The notes under the pieces were generated by a model that saw nothing but the letters and a program-made list of their open reading frames with translations, made no database searches and was not told the DNA's origin. The position numbers were made by a program, and so were the translations under genes. DNA of 64,000 bases from an uncultured virus (IMG/VR IMGVR_UViG_3300022661_000087). Lineage: Duplodnaviria > Heunggongvirae > Uroviricota > Caudoviricetes. This document shows, piece after piece, positions 1 through 9,484 of this stretch (its first letter is position 1; every line of letters begins with the position of its first letter). The stretch lies in the IMG/VR virus record IMGVR_UViG_3300022661_000087; one strand, written 5' to 3'.

Positions 1-127
1 ATCAATTAGCAAATAAATAGTTGCGGTTTGGAGAATCGTAGTGTCTAGGGGTCCAGAGACGAGAGATTGGTTTAGCTGACATAAAAGCGCTTTGGAGCCT
101 CCCGGCCGCAAACTTTAAATGAAAAAT

Positions 128-272
128 GTTAAAAAATTAGACAGCTATATTTTTGTTAAAAAATTAGACTTCTATGTATTTGGTTAAAAAAATAGACATC
201 TATATATTTGTTAAAAAAATGTGTTAAAATTTTGTACATCTATATAAAATGTTAAAAATTTAGACTTCTATA
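128..272 (+). repeat. Iteron-like direct repeats (TGTTAAAAAWTTAGAC-type), candidate replication origin
   Basis: About six copies near 128, 154, 182, 209, 222 and 250 in AT-rich DNA upstream of a winged-helix gene. Confidence 0.7.
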
Positions 273-332
273 TCGTGGGTAAAACTTGTTAAATGGTTAA
301 CAACTTTTCTTAAGAATAGTTGGAAGGGAGGT

Positions 333-953
333 GTGATTGTGTTAAAGATTCAACCAAATTCAAGACAGGTTCCCAAGGCTAAAGATATTTGTTCGAATAA
401 AAAGTATTATGATATTCTTTATGCTTATCTTCAGTGTATCTCAACAAGAGATGAGAAGAGCGGAACTAGATATTTTTCAAAGAAAGATATAAATTTTAGT
501 AAGCTTGGTGAGATGTTTAACTTATCGAGACAGACGGTTTCAACGAAGTTTAAGAATCTAAAGGAATTGGGTTTAGTTGTTGAAGCAGGAAAAGATACAT
601 ATAGATTAGTTGAATTAAGTGCTGATTTAGCTTCTTTGGTTCCATATGGGACATTAAAGTTAATTACAGACACTTTAAGTGAGAATTCTATTTCAACTTA
701 TATTTATTTATTGAATTGTTATTATGCTAATGAGTGTCGTCCGTTTTAGTTTACATTAGACCAGGTAAAGAGTTATATTGGAATTAGCACAAGCACGAGA
801 AGTAATAATGATACCGTAACGAATATCCTGTATGTATTAGAAAAGGTGGGGCTGATTAAGTATTCATTGACTACAATGAAACAAGAGGCGGACACTTTTC
901 AAAATGTGAAAACAATTTATCAATTAGACTGGTTAACTAATACGTTGAATTAA
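333..953 (+). CDS. Winged-helix DNA-binding protein, candidate replication initiator (206 aa, one in-frame TAG)
   Basis: GGGAGG RBS; HTH motif FSKLGEMFNLSRQTVSTKFKNLKELGLV; frame continues through TAG 747-749 into a second wHTH-like segment to TAA 951-953. Confidence 0.65.
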
Positions 954-955
954 AG

Positions 956-1017
956 TGTTAAAAATTTAGACGCATGAGTGTTAAAATTTTGTACATACTT
1001 TGTTAAAAAAATAGTAT
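956..1017 (+). repeat. Second cluster of the same iteron-like repeat
   Basis: TGTTAAAAATTTAGAC, TGTTAAAATTTTGTAC and TGTTAAAAAAATAGTA directly after the gene stop. Confidence 0.7.
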
Positions 1018-1118
1018 CCTTATAAATAGAAATAGAGAACTGTCAATCGTAAGAGGCTTTAAATGTCCCTTCGGGCCATTTAAATCCTCTATACGCGGGG
1101 CCGGAGGGAGGTATAGAA

Positions 1119-1337
1119 GTGATTATCTTAGATGAAAACAAATTAAGAAATGGAACTATTCGGATGATTGGAGAAGATTATGGTATGGAATTAAGTTCTC
1201 CAATTGAACATCCAGAATGGTATGAACAAGAAATCGATATGATTGTAGATAAATTTAAGTTTGATATTGATAGTTTCAAAGAAAGATTAATTGAAACTAT
1301 TAAAAATGGTATTAAAGTAGAATTGAAGGTGAAGTAA
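1119..1337 (+). CDS. Hypothetical protein
   Basis: GGAGGGAGG RBS, 72-aa ORF. Confidence 0.65.
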   Translation: MIILDENKLRNGTIRMIGEDYGMELSSPIEHPEWYEQEIDMIVDKFKFDIDSFKERLIETIKNGIKVELKVK

Positions 1338-1528
1338 TGGAAGGTTTTGAGATACCTAAGGGAGCAGTAAAATTCGCTATGGGTAGTTATGATAAATTAC
1401 CAGAGAATGTGGTAGAAGTGAAGGTATATATGCGAAGTGGAGACCCAAAGATGTATATAGTACCAATTTAGAAAAATGAATCGAAAATTGAAATTGAACC
1501 TTTGCTAGATAATCCATTTTTAATTTGA
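1337..1528 (+). CDS. Hypothetical protein (TAG read-through)
   Basis: ATG overlaps the previous TAA; one in-frame TAG; ends at TGA. Confidence 0.45.
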
Positions 1529-1643
1529 AAATTAAAATAAAATTTTGTATAATAATAGTAGGAAGAAAAACTGATTTCAAAATCTCGTTTGAAAATCTGA
1601 AATTGAAATCAAAAATGAAATGAAAATCGAAAGGAAAAATGAG

Positions 1644-2174
1644 ATGACATTTGATTATAATACTTTAAAAAGAGCAGCTAGAGATGGATTAAGACTAGGT
1701 AACTGGAATGGTAAGGCTGTATTTGCTGCTCCCTCTAGTAGATTGGATAACTTGGGAAGTGGTGCTTATTATATTCTCTATGATGATGAGAATAAGATTG
1801 TCGCCAAGACCAGCAACGGATGGAAGAGTTATGGTGAGGTAAGTGAGAGTGGTAGTGTAAGCGAGTACAGTAGTGTCCGCACTTATAGAACTCCCGCAGA
1901 GACAGCAGCAGCCGCACGCAAGGCTTCTACTTCTGGAATGAGATACAGTAGTGAACCCATTCCGCAGGCTACTATGACTGTAAGCTATGCGGATTCCGCA
2001 GGAACTGGAGGTACTTACTCTCCTGGATATAACAGAACTGAAAGACCTGTGGGAGATGTGAAGCTGGGCCTTGATGTTGAAGGCACATTGAAGAAGGCAA
2101 GAGAGATGACGGTTGAGAGCCTCTTGGAGGGATTCTTGCCGGAAGTTGATTTTGGCGTAATGGCTAAAGGTTAA
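1644..2174 (+). CDS. Hypothetical protein
   Basis: AAAGGA RBS before ATG 1644; followed by a terminator. Confidence 0.7.
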   Translation: MTFDYNTLKRAARDGLRLGNWNGKAVFAAPSSRLDNLGSGAYYILYDDENKIVAKTSNGWKSYGEVSESGSVSEYSSVRTYRTPAETAAAARKASTSGMRYSSEPIPQATMTVSYADSAGTGGTYSPGYNRTERPVGDVKLGLDVEGTLKKAREMTVESLLEGFLPEVDFGVMAKG

Positions 2175-2199
2175 GTCACTTCGCTTCGCTCGTGACTTT

Positions 2200-2234
2200 A
2201 GGGGAACACTGTAATGGTGTTCCCCCCTTTTTTT
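2200..2234 (+). terminator. Rho-independent terminator
   Basis: GGGGAACAC/GTGTTCCCC stem followed by a T-run. Confidence 0.7.
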
Positions 2235-2463
2235 GCTCTTTTGGAAGAAATTGTGTGTTTTGCGGAGGTTTTGCGAGAGTGTGGTGGCCGATCGGCCCCA
2301 GGTATATGAATCGTATTTTCCACGTCCCCGTCACCGTTAAATTCACATATAAAAAAATAACTCCCAGACCTTTGACAATCTGGGAGTTTCTTTCATAATT
2401 CAATTTGCCTGCTCTTGGTCTTCGTAGCTAGCTATAGAATAAACAGACGTCTTTCTCATCACA

Positions 2464-2931
2464 TTAATTAAACATCTTGATAAAATCGGCCAGAATTTGC
2501 TCGTCGCTCTTTGCCACAGGAGTAATTCTGCCGCTCGCAGGACCAGGGTGATGAAGACGCACTGAGCCGCTCTTGTCGGAGTCCAGCTTAGCCTCCAGGT
2601 CCGCAAACATCTTCTTCAAATCGCGCATGGCCGCAAACATCTCAGTGAAAGCCGCAACCAGCTGGTCCATTTCCTCGTCGGAAAGGGTCATCTCATCGGG
2701 GTCCATACCCTCCAAAATAGCCAGCTCCTTGATGATATCGACCATCTCTTCAATTAGGTCTCTCTTGGTGGCTTCCTTCTCTACCTCAGCCTGCTTTGCG
2801 GCCTCGGCCTCTAGAGCAGCATTGTGCTCGTCGATAGCGGCATTCATCATTGCGGCAATCTCGTTGCCGATAGCAGTCATATCCTCACCATTCTGCAGAC
2901 GGGTCAGGAAATAATTCTTATCAATAACCAT
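2464..2931 (-). CDS. Acidic helical hypothetical protein
   Basis: 155-aa ORF with GAGG RBS, its own promoter (about 2966-2995) and a downstream hairpin. Confidence 0.75.
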   Translation of the reverse strand: MVIDKNYFLTRLQNGEDMTAIGNEIAAMMNAAIDEHNAALEAEAAKQAEVEKEATKRDLIEEMVDIIKELAILEGMDPDEMTLSDEEMDQLVAAFTEMFAAMRDLKKMFADLEAKLDSDKSGSVRLHHPGPASGRITPVAKSDEQILADFIKMFN

Positions 2932-3312
2932 TGGTATATACCTCTTTCTTTTCTTATTGTATTATTATTATACAAAAAAATTTTATAAAAATCAAATGGC
3001 CGTTCGGCCTTGATTTTTATAAAAAAATATGTTATAATATTAAAAAAACATATTTTTACCGGTCGGCCCGCGTATATGCGGGCGGTTTTTGTAGGACCGG
3101 TCGGCTCCCGACCGGGGCTCACTTTACGGGAAAATTAAGTGCATATGAAAAGTCGCTAGAAGTAGCAAAAAATTTGCATATGGGGTGTACCGGTCGGAAA
3201 ATCGGGCCTTGGCCTCCGTCCGCGGCCCGTTGAACCCCACCATTATTATACCATACCGGGCCGCACTTGTCAAGTGGTAAAATGAAAAAAAAATGAGACC
3301 CCTGCGGGGGTC

Positions 3313-3510
3313 TCACCACCAATTCGGACCGAGGTCATCCAGCGTATAGCGGTCTTCGACTTCCGCAATGTCATCGAAAAACTCGCCATCCTCGCAACAG
3401 TTACAGCAAGCCACATCGTCTGTGGTTTCCTGCCCCACATGGGTACACCGCATGCATCTATTTTCTGCGGTGGGCTTGGGGTTAATGAATCGGGTTTTCT
3501 TATTCTTCAT
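3313..3510 (-). CDS. Small Cys-rich acidic protein
   Basis: GAGGAGG RBS; CxxC...CCxCC. Confidence 0.6.
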   Translation of the reverse strand: MKNKKTRFINPKPTAENRCMRCTHVGQETTDDVACCNCCEDGEFFDDIAEVEDRYTLDDLGPNWW

Positions 3511-3637
3511 CCCAGTCATCCTCCTCACAGGGTGCTTTGCCGAAGCCATCGAAATGACAGCGGGGGTAATCTTCGTCCTCGTCCTGCCAGTAGTAGCCAC
3601 AGCCACTATCAGCACAGCCCAGATGCTTTTTGCTCAT
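3500..3637 (-). CDS. Small Cys-rich acidic protein (45 aa)
   Basis: MSKKHLGCADSGCGYYWQDEDEDYPRCHF; overlaps both neighbours. Confidence 0.55.
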   Translation of the reverse strand: MSKKHLGCADSGCGYYWQDEDEDYPRCHFDGFGKAPCEEDDWDEE

Positions 3638-3755
3638 TGCCTTTGTCCTCGCTTTCTTTGGGGTTGGTGTTGGATTCTTCTTGGCATCCGCATCTATCGC
3701 ATCGGCTTTCGTCAATGTCGGTGCGCCAGTAGTTATCACATTTCAGACAGTTCAT
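3609..3755 (-). CDS. Small Cys-rich protein (48 aa)
   Basis: Follows a promoter and the AAAGGAACTGATAC leader; MNCLKCDNYW...CDRCGC. Confidence 0.6.
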   Translation of the reverse strand: MNCLKCDNYWRTDIDESRCDRCGCQEESNTNPKESEDKGNEQKASGLC

Positions 3756-3859
3756 TGTATCAGTTCCTTTCCTTTGATGAACTCATTATAGCACATTCTT
3801 GGAGATTTGTCAATAGGTTTTTGAAAAATATTTTTCGCCGGGGTTTCCACTCCCTGCCT

Positions 3860-4465
3860 TTAGAAAGGCAGTTCGTGGTGTTCCGCCGCCCACTGGCAAG
3901 CGATTTTGTTGTATTCCTCTGTGATGGAAGGAATGTCGATGAAAGAGCGACTTGCCATGTAGTCCGCCATGTGAACACATCTGTCCACGCTGGTGAAAGG
4001 TCTGTCCTCTCGTTCAGTAGACCATTGACCCATGTGACTTTCAACTGCGTTCAGCAGAAGAAAATGGGGAGTAAAATCGAACACCTGTTCGCACCAACCT
4101 GCAAAAGCCTTGCTTGCGTTTCTTGCGTGGTTCTTGTATTCTGCCTTGTCAAACCAATCGACACCATACTTTGCGGTATCATGGATGATACAAGCCGCAA
4201 TTACGAAGTCCTTGTACTCGTCTTTCATGTAGGCGTAGGAACTCATGCGGAGCAGTTCTTCAGCGAACATCACAACCGCCTTGGTGTGACGAACCAGACC
4301 GCCGATGCCCTGCGAAAACTGGGGATGATACTTGCCAGAAGAGGAAGCACCATCTGTCCAGAAGTAGTCAGGGGTGGCTTCTTCCATGTAAGACTTGACC
4401 GCCATACGCAGGTCTTCATTGACAATCAGATTGATTTCACGCTCAAACAGTTTAATGGTTCTCAT
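3860..4465 (-). CDS. HD-domain phosphohydrolase
   Basis: ASSSGKYHP..GGLVRHT..IIHD..HMG..VHMAD motifs. Confidence 0.85.
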   Translation of the reverse strand: MRTIKLFEREINLIVNEDLRMAVKSYMEEATPDYFWTDGASSSGKYHPQFSQGIGGLVRHTKAVVMFAEELLRMSSYAYMKDEYKDFVIAACIIHDTAKYGVDWFDKAEYKNHARNASKAFAGWCEQVFDFTPHFLLLNAVESHMGQWSTEREDRPFTSVDRCVHMADYMASRSFIDIPSITEEYNKIACQWAAEHHELPF

Positions 4466-4551
4466 AGTAAATTACCCTTTCTTGTGGAGCACTCGCTCCC
4501 TTGATTACATACTTATTATAGCACAGACTTAATAATTTGTCAAGCACTTTT

Positions 4552-4722
4552 TTAATTTTCATTGGAAAAAGGAACACAAGCTAAAAGCTCATTAGACGCT
4601 AATTCGATAATGTATCGATACATGGTTGCATCGTCATGGAGAGTTCCCCCAAAAGATAAAACAGTATCAATAATAACTTTGTGCAATTCAGCTTTAGCCT
4701 TGCGCATTTCTTCTGCGGTCAT
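4552..4722 (-). CDS. Hypothetical protein (56 aa)
   Basis: GAGGTGAGG RBS, own promoter; MTAEEMRKAKAELHK. Confidence 0.55.
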   Translation of the reverse strand: MTAEEMRKAKAELHKVIIDTVLSFGGTLHDDATMYRYIIELASNELLACVPFSNEN

Positions 4723-4911
4723 TTGCCTCACCTCTTAGGATTAGTATACCACCAATTGCGGGAAAAATCAAGATGACAAACTGCACAAAAAATTCGATTG
4801 GAAATTTACGGGGACTAGTTATTTTGACGAATTCCGGGCGCCACACTCGTTGGCGCACGGCGCAAAAAAGCCCCTGCCCCACGAATTGGGGGCAGGGGGA
4901 GGAAGGGGTCA

Positions 4912-5280
4912 TCACTGGATGACCCTGAAGAACGCCTTGCGCTTCTCCTCGATGCGCTCGACAGACACACCAATCATGCCACGCACGATGGCGCTCACTC
5001 GCTGATTAGTCAGCTCTGCGCAGGCAGGCACTTCCTTAATCAGCTCAGTGATGGAGAACAGACGATTGGGGTCTGCGCTCATGTGGGACAGAATGGCTTC
5101 TGCCACACCAGCATTGGCGACCTGCTGGGCAGTAGGCTTCTTCTCAGCAGAGTTCTTCTTCGCCAGGAGTTCCAGCTCATGCTCGATGAACTCGACCAGC
5201 GCAAGGTTGGACTTGACCTCAGCCAGGGTCAGCAGGGTGTTGAAATGGTCCTTCTTAGTCAGCTTCTTAGTGTTTGCCAT
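4912..5280 (-). CDS. Winged-helix-like protein, paralog 1 of 3
   Basis: Shares HELELLAKKNSAEKKPTAQQ and PACAELTNQRVSAIVRG with 6447-6815 and 9485-9844. Confidence 0.8.
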   Translation of the reverse strand: MANTKKLTKKDHFNTLLTLAEVKSNLALVEFIEHELELLAKKNSAEKKPTAQQVANAGVAEAILSHMSADPNRLFSITELIKEVPACAELTNQRVSAIVRGMIGVSVERIEEKRKAFFRVIQ

Positions 5281-5958
5281 AGTATCAGTTCCTTTCTGGT
5301 TTTTTAGGGTTTTCCTTCCCTTGATTACATACTTATTATAGCACATGGTTTTGAGTTTGTCAAGAGGTTTTCAAAAAATATTCGCGACTATTTTTTTTAT
5401 TCCCACAGCATCCTTGCGCTCACTGGACTTGTTTCTGCCCCCTGCCTTGAGTCTACTCGCACCCTTTCGTTGCTCACCACTCACCCTAGTAGGGGGGAAT
5501 CTTGCGTAGGAGTTGTAGAGTTTCAATTCGCCTGTGTCTGTTTCCACCATCTGTTGCGGTCTTGCCTCGAAGGAGTTCCCCTCTTGATTACATACTCATT
5601 ATAGCACATCTTGTGCTGTTTGTCAAGTGGTTTTTCAAAAGTTTTTTGAAAAAGTTTCGGTGGTCTGATTGGTGGGACAATCTAACCCCTCTGCCCAACA
5701 TTTTTCAACCCTCTGCGCCGACCCATCTGCGGGGGTTTACTTCATCCCCTTGACACTACTAATTATAGCAGATTTTTAGGAAAATGCAAGTGGTAATGTT
5801 GTACAAATAATTGGGTAAAAAACTTGTTGAACTTGTGCATTTTGCCGAATACCGGGCCGCACATCTGTGTGCGGCCGGCCGATTTTTGTGCAAATTGCAC
5901 AAATTTAAATTTAATTTGGAAAAAATAACGAAAAAATCGCCCTTTTGGGGCGATTTTC

Positions 5959-6330
5959 TCAACTTTTTGGCTTGCGTTTCTGCACAAGCGTCAGTTCGTA
6001 GGCATTTTCACCAACTTTTAAGGCGATTTGACGCTCTTTATTGGTGATTTCGACCATTTCGTAGCCATTTTCAGCCAAAAACTGAGCAATTTCGGCAATT
6101 ATCGTGGCTTTTGTGGGGTTTTCCTTGCGTTTTCGCTCGGTTTTCTGCCCATTTGTCTGCCTTGTGCCAGTATTTGCGAATTTTTTGGCTTGCTTTTCGG
6201 CTTCAGGTGAGAGGTCAAAAGCCATTCGCTCACCTCTGTCGATTGCCTTGTCGTCTGCGATAATCTGTTCGGCTTCTTCTTTGGAGCATTTCAGATTTCG
6301 CATAATGCGTTCGACTTGACTTTCTGCCAT
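5959..6330 (-). CDS. Hypothetical protein, DDKAIDRG family paralog 1
   Basis: Similar to 9000-9359. Confidence 0.8.
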   Translation of the reverse strand: MAESQVERIMRNLKCSKEEAEQIIADDKAIDRGERMAFDLSPEAEKQAKKFANTGTRQTNGQKTERKRKENPTKATIIAEIAQFLAENGYEMVEITNKERQIALKVGENAYELTLVQKRKPKS

Positions 6331-6446
6331 TGGTTTACCCCCTTTCTGTACTTACAGTATAGCACATCTTGGGCGGTTTGTCAAGACCTTTTTTGAAATT
6401 CCGTGCCCCATTTTGGGGGGGCTATTGCCCCCCCTTGGGGAGTGGC

Positions 6447-6815
6447 TCAGCGAATGGCTCTGAAATAAGCCTTTCGCTTCTCTTCCACACGCTCCACAGA
6501 GGTGCCGATGAGACCACGCACGATTGCGGACACTCGCTGATTGGTCAACTCAGCACACGCAGGCACTTCCTTGATAACCTCAGTGATGGTAAAGAGGCGG
6601 TTGGGCTGGCTCTGGAGATGAGCCACGATGGCTTCGCCGATGGAAGCATTGGCGGTCTGCTGAGCAGTGGGTTTCTTCTCAGCGGAGTTCTTCTTGGCGA
6701 GCAACTCCAACTCGTGCTCGATGAACTCCACGAGCATTGCGTTCTCCGCAACAGCGGGGATAGCCTTGAGCATTGCAAACTTCTGAGCCTTGGTAATCTT
6801 CTGAGTAGTAGCCAT
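6447..6815 (-). CDS. Winged-helix-like protein, paralog 2 of 3
   Basis: Same motifs as 4912-5280. Confidence 0.8.
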   Translation of the reverse strand: MATTQKITKAQKFAMLKAIPAVAENAMLVEFIEHELELLAKKNSAEKKPTAQQTANASIGEAIVAHLQSQPNRLFTITEVIKEVPACAELTNQRVSAIVRGLIGTSVERVEEKRKAYFRAIR

Positions 6816-7149
6816 AGTATCAATTCCTTTCTGGTTTTTAAGACTGTCCTTGTCTTTGTGTATTTATTATATCATAGGTTGAGCGATTTGTCAAGAGGTT
6901 TTTTTGATTTTTTTGAAAATCTTTTTTGAACCTTTGGCTTTCTCTCTCCCTTTGATGTATTCATTATATCACATCTTTGGGGGTTTGTCAAGAGGTTTTT
7001 TTAAGTTTTTCAAACTTTTTTTCGGTCTGTCCGCTTGGGTCTCTCCCTTACTGACATAGATAGTATACCACATCCAAAAGCGAATTGCAATAGGCAAACT
7101 GCACAAATTACAGGAAAATTAAAAAGATTATTTTGTGCAACATTTCCTC

Positions 7150-7178
7150 TTGACAAATTGTGCGGGGCATGGTATAAT
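7150..7178 (+). promoter_or_regulatory. Antisense promoter facing a GC stem-loop
   Basis: TTGACA-N17-TATAAT; equivalents at 10404-10432, 14370-14398 and 16493-16521. Confidence 0.8.
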
Positions 7179-7230
7179 GGTAAATTCGGCCGGGCACAGT
7201 CGCGCCCGGGCCGCGCAAAAAGCGAGGGTT

Positions 7231-7509
7231 TTACTCCTCGCTTTTCACCAGCTTCCGCACTTCGCCCAGAAGCTTCTTGATTTGTGCCATCTTTTCGTAG
7301 TCGTCCACGCAGGTTTCGATGGTGTCCACCAGATGGTCAATTTCGCCATTCAGATTGGCTTCGTACTTGCGGAAGCAGACAGTATCTCTGCCATCGATGA
7401 AGATTTCGAGGGGTTCGCCCTCGCGGATGCCCATTGACCGACGGATTTCTCTGGGGATAACCACTCTGCCGAGGTCATCAACTCTGCGGATAATTCCAGT
7501 TGCTTTCAT
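7231..7509 (-). CDS. AbrB/SpoVT-family transcription regulator
   Basis: MKATGIIRRVDDLGRVVIPREIRRSMGIREGEPLEIF matches the SpoVT/AbrB N-terminus. Confidence 0.9.
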   Translation of the reverse strand: MKATGIIRRVDDLGRVVIPREIRRSMGIREGEPLEIFIDGRDTVCFRKYEANLNGEIDHLVDTIETCVDDYEKMAQIKKLLGEVRKLVKSEE

Positions 7510-7577
7510 TGTATCAGTTCCTTTCCTCTTGGATTGTCTTAATTATAGCACATTTGGTGGAGTTTGTCAAGACCTTT

Positions 7578-8057
7578 TTACAAGGTCTTGCTTTCACTCA
7601 CAAAGTATTTTGCATCGTATTTTTCAAGCAAGGCTTTGACTTTCTTGCTTTTCTCTTGGCTGTCGCAGTAAATGTTGAACACAGACCACTTGCCGATTTT
7701 GGGAATGTAGTTGCAAGGGATTTCTTCTGCGGTCAAATCACAATGCAGGCTTTTGGTGTAGGGGTCAAAGACAGTTGCTTCAATCTTCCAAAGCTTGTCC
7801 TTGCGTGCCTTTTCTTCAATGAGTTTTACCACATAGACACCCACCAAATTACACAGAGCCACAATTCCTGCTTTGAGGTAGAGGTCAAGTTCACACATTA
7901 AGTAAACAGTGACGATGGTGTACAGACCATAGGCAACCGCATTGATAACTGCGGCAGACACCTTTCCGCATTTAACAGTGGCGATAGATTTTACAGTTTG
8001 AATGATAACATTGGCGATGTTCAGAGCGATGAACACAATCAGCAATTTCGTATCCAT
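7578..8057 (-). CDS. Membrane protein, DUF5698/DUF2179-like
   Basis: Three hydrophobic N-terminal helices plus a small soluble C-terminal domain. Confidence 0.6.
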   Translation of the reverse strand: MDTKLLIVFIALNIANVIIQTVKSIATVKCGKVSAAVINAVAYGLYTIVTVYLMCELDLYLKAGIVALCNLVGVYVVKLIEEKARKDKLWKIEATVFDPYTKSLHCDLTAEEIPCNYIPKIGKWSVFNIYCDSQEKSKKVKALLEKYDAKYFVSESKTL

Positions 8058-8151
8058 TCACTTCACTTCCTTTCTGTGGTTATTATAGCACAAATCTCTC
8101 TGTTTGTCAATACCCTTTTGGAAATTATTTTTCCGGGCGGAGCCAAAGGGG

Positions 8152-8397
8152 TTAGAACCCCCTGGCATCCTTGTCGTTGTCCTTGGCAGGCATCGGCACC
8201 GCAGGAGTGGGAGCCTTTGGCTTGTTGATAATGGCATCCACCTGCTCATAGAGTGCGTAAGCCCTCTTGGACTTCTTGTACACCTTGCGGAGTTCGGAGT
8301 AGGTGAGGGAGTTGAACTGCTCGTCGGTCATAGTGACACCGACCTTGCTGAGCTTGTTGCGGATGGACTTGAGGGACATTTCATTGAACATTTTCAT
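8152..8397 (-). CDS. Basic hypothetical protein
   Basis: Promoter and conserved leader upstream. Confidence 0.7.
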   Translation of the reverse strand: MKMFNEMSLKSIRNKLSKVGVTMTDEQFNSLTYSELRKVYKKSKRAYALYEQVDAIINKPKAPTPAVPMPAKDNDKDARGF

Positions 8398-8492
8398 AGT
8401 ATCAGTTCCTTTCTTGTTTTCTGTAATTATTATAGCACACTTTTGGATGTTTGTCAATAGGTTTTTTGAAACTTTTTTTCTTTTGTGGGGAA

Positions 8493-8675
8493 TTAGTACC
8501 CCCCACAACCGCGGTAAGTGCGGAAGAGACTGTCAGCCTTTTCCTTGGTCATCGGACCGAACTCTTCGCAGTAGTAGCGGAAAGAGAGTTCATCCCAACA
8601 CTCGACCACACAATCACCGCCGTTGCAGTAGTTCTGCATTGCGTAGTCCATGAACTGCTTGTAAGTCATACCCAT
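8493..8675 (-). CDS. Hypothetical protein
   Basis: AAGGAGG RBS and own promoter. Confidence 0.7.
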   Translation of the reverse strand: MGMTYKQFMDYAMQNYCNGGDCVVECWDELSFRYYCEEFGPMTKEKADSLFRTYRGCGGY

Positions 8676-8999
8676 TGTTGTTACCTCCTTGACTTTGTAC
8701 CCTTATTATACACCCGATAATGGGAAATGTCAATAGTCAATTTGCACAAAGATTTCGCCCCAAAAATTGTTGAAACTGGTTATTTCGCCGAAAAACCGGC
8801 GCTGGCGTACGTCAGCGCGCGGCCGAATTTTTGTGCAAAATGACGAAGACCCAAGGGCGCCCCCCTGGGTCTTTTCTCGGCTGTTTTGTTTTAGTACCAT
8901 ACCCCAGGGTTGGGCGCCTTCCCCCTAGTGGTTTACCTCCAGACGATGACAGCACACCGCCAATGGAATGGGGCCGATTGGCTCGACCCCTTAGGAGCC

Positions 9000-9359
9000 T
9001 TAGGAACGAGGGCAGGCAAGTGTGACCTTGTACTTCGTTCCATTGTGGATGAACAAGAACTCGCGTTCGGGGTTGTTGATGGTGAAATCTTCCACACCCA
9101 AAACTCGCAGACCATCCATCATTGCGGAGCAGATTTCAGCCTTTTCAGGCTTGGCTTTCTTCTCTCGCTTCACTGGGGTGGTGCTGACCTTGCGCTCGGC
9201 TTGTCTTGCCTTTTTTGCGCCTTTCTCAAGTTCGGGGTCAAGCTCAAACATCTTTGCGCCCCTGTCGATTGCTTTGTCATCCTCAATCAACTGGATTGCT
9301 TCCTCTCGGCTGATGCCGAGGCTTGCCATGTGCTTGGCAATTAACTTTTCATCAAGCAT
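9000..9359 (-). CDS. Hypothetical protein, DDKAIDRG family paralog 2
   Basis: Similar to 5959-6330. Confidence 0.8.
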   Translation of the reverse strand: MLDEKLIAKHMASLGISREEAIQLIEDDKAIDRGAKMFELDPELEKGAKKARQAERKVSTTPVKREKKAKPEKAEICSAMMDGLRVLGVEDFTINNPEREFLFIHNGTKYKVTLACPRS

Positions 9360-9484
9360 TGACTCACTTCCTTTCTGTGATTATAGTATAGCACAGACAG
9401 AGGGATTTGTCAAGTGCTTTTTGAAAATTTTTTCGCCGGGGTCAAGGTGGGCAGGGGTTACCCCCTGCCCTTGGGGGAGTAGGC

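Noticed and set aside
1475..1640. GAAAAT/GAAAT short repeats
   Set aside because: Irregular low-complexity A-rich DNA with no fixed period, so no function can be supported
3368..4504. 378-aa plus-strand ORF (also 12788-13672, 15656-16393, 9022-9615, 11274-11858)
   Set aside because: Antisense shadows of minus-strand genes that have promoters, RBS and recognisable motifs
8136..8168. tRNA-like 3' half (GGTTCTAACCCC..CTCCGCC on the minus strand)
   Set aside because: No D or anticodon arm; overlaps a gene stop and is better explained as a simple hairpin
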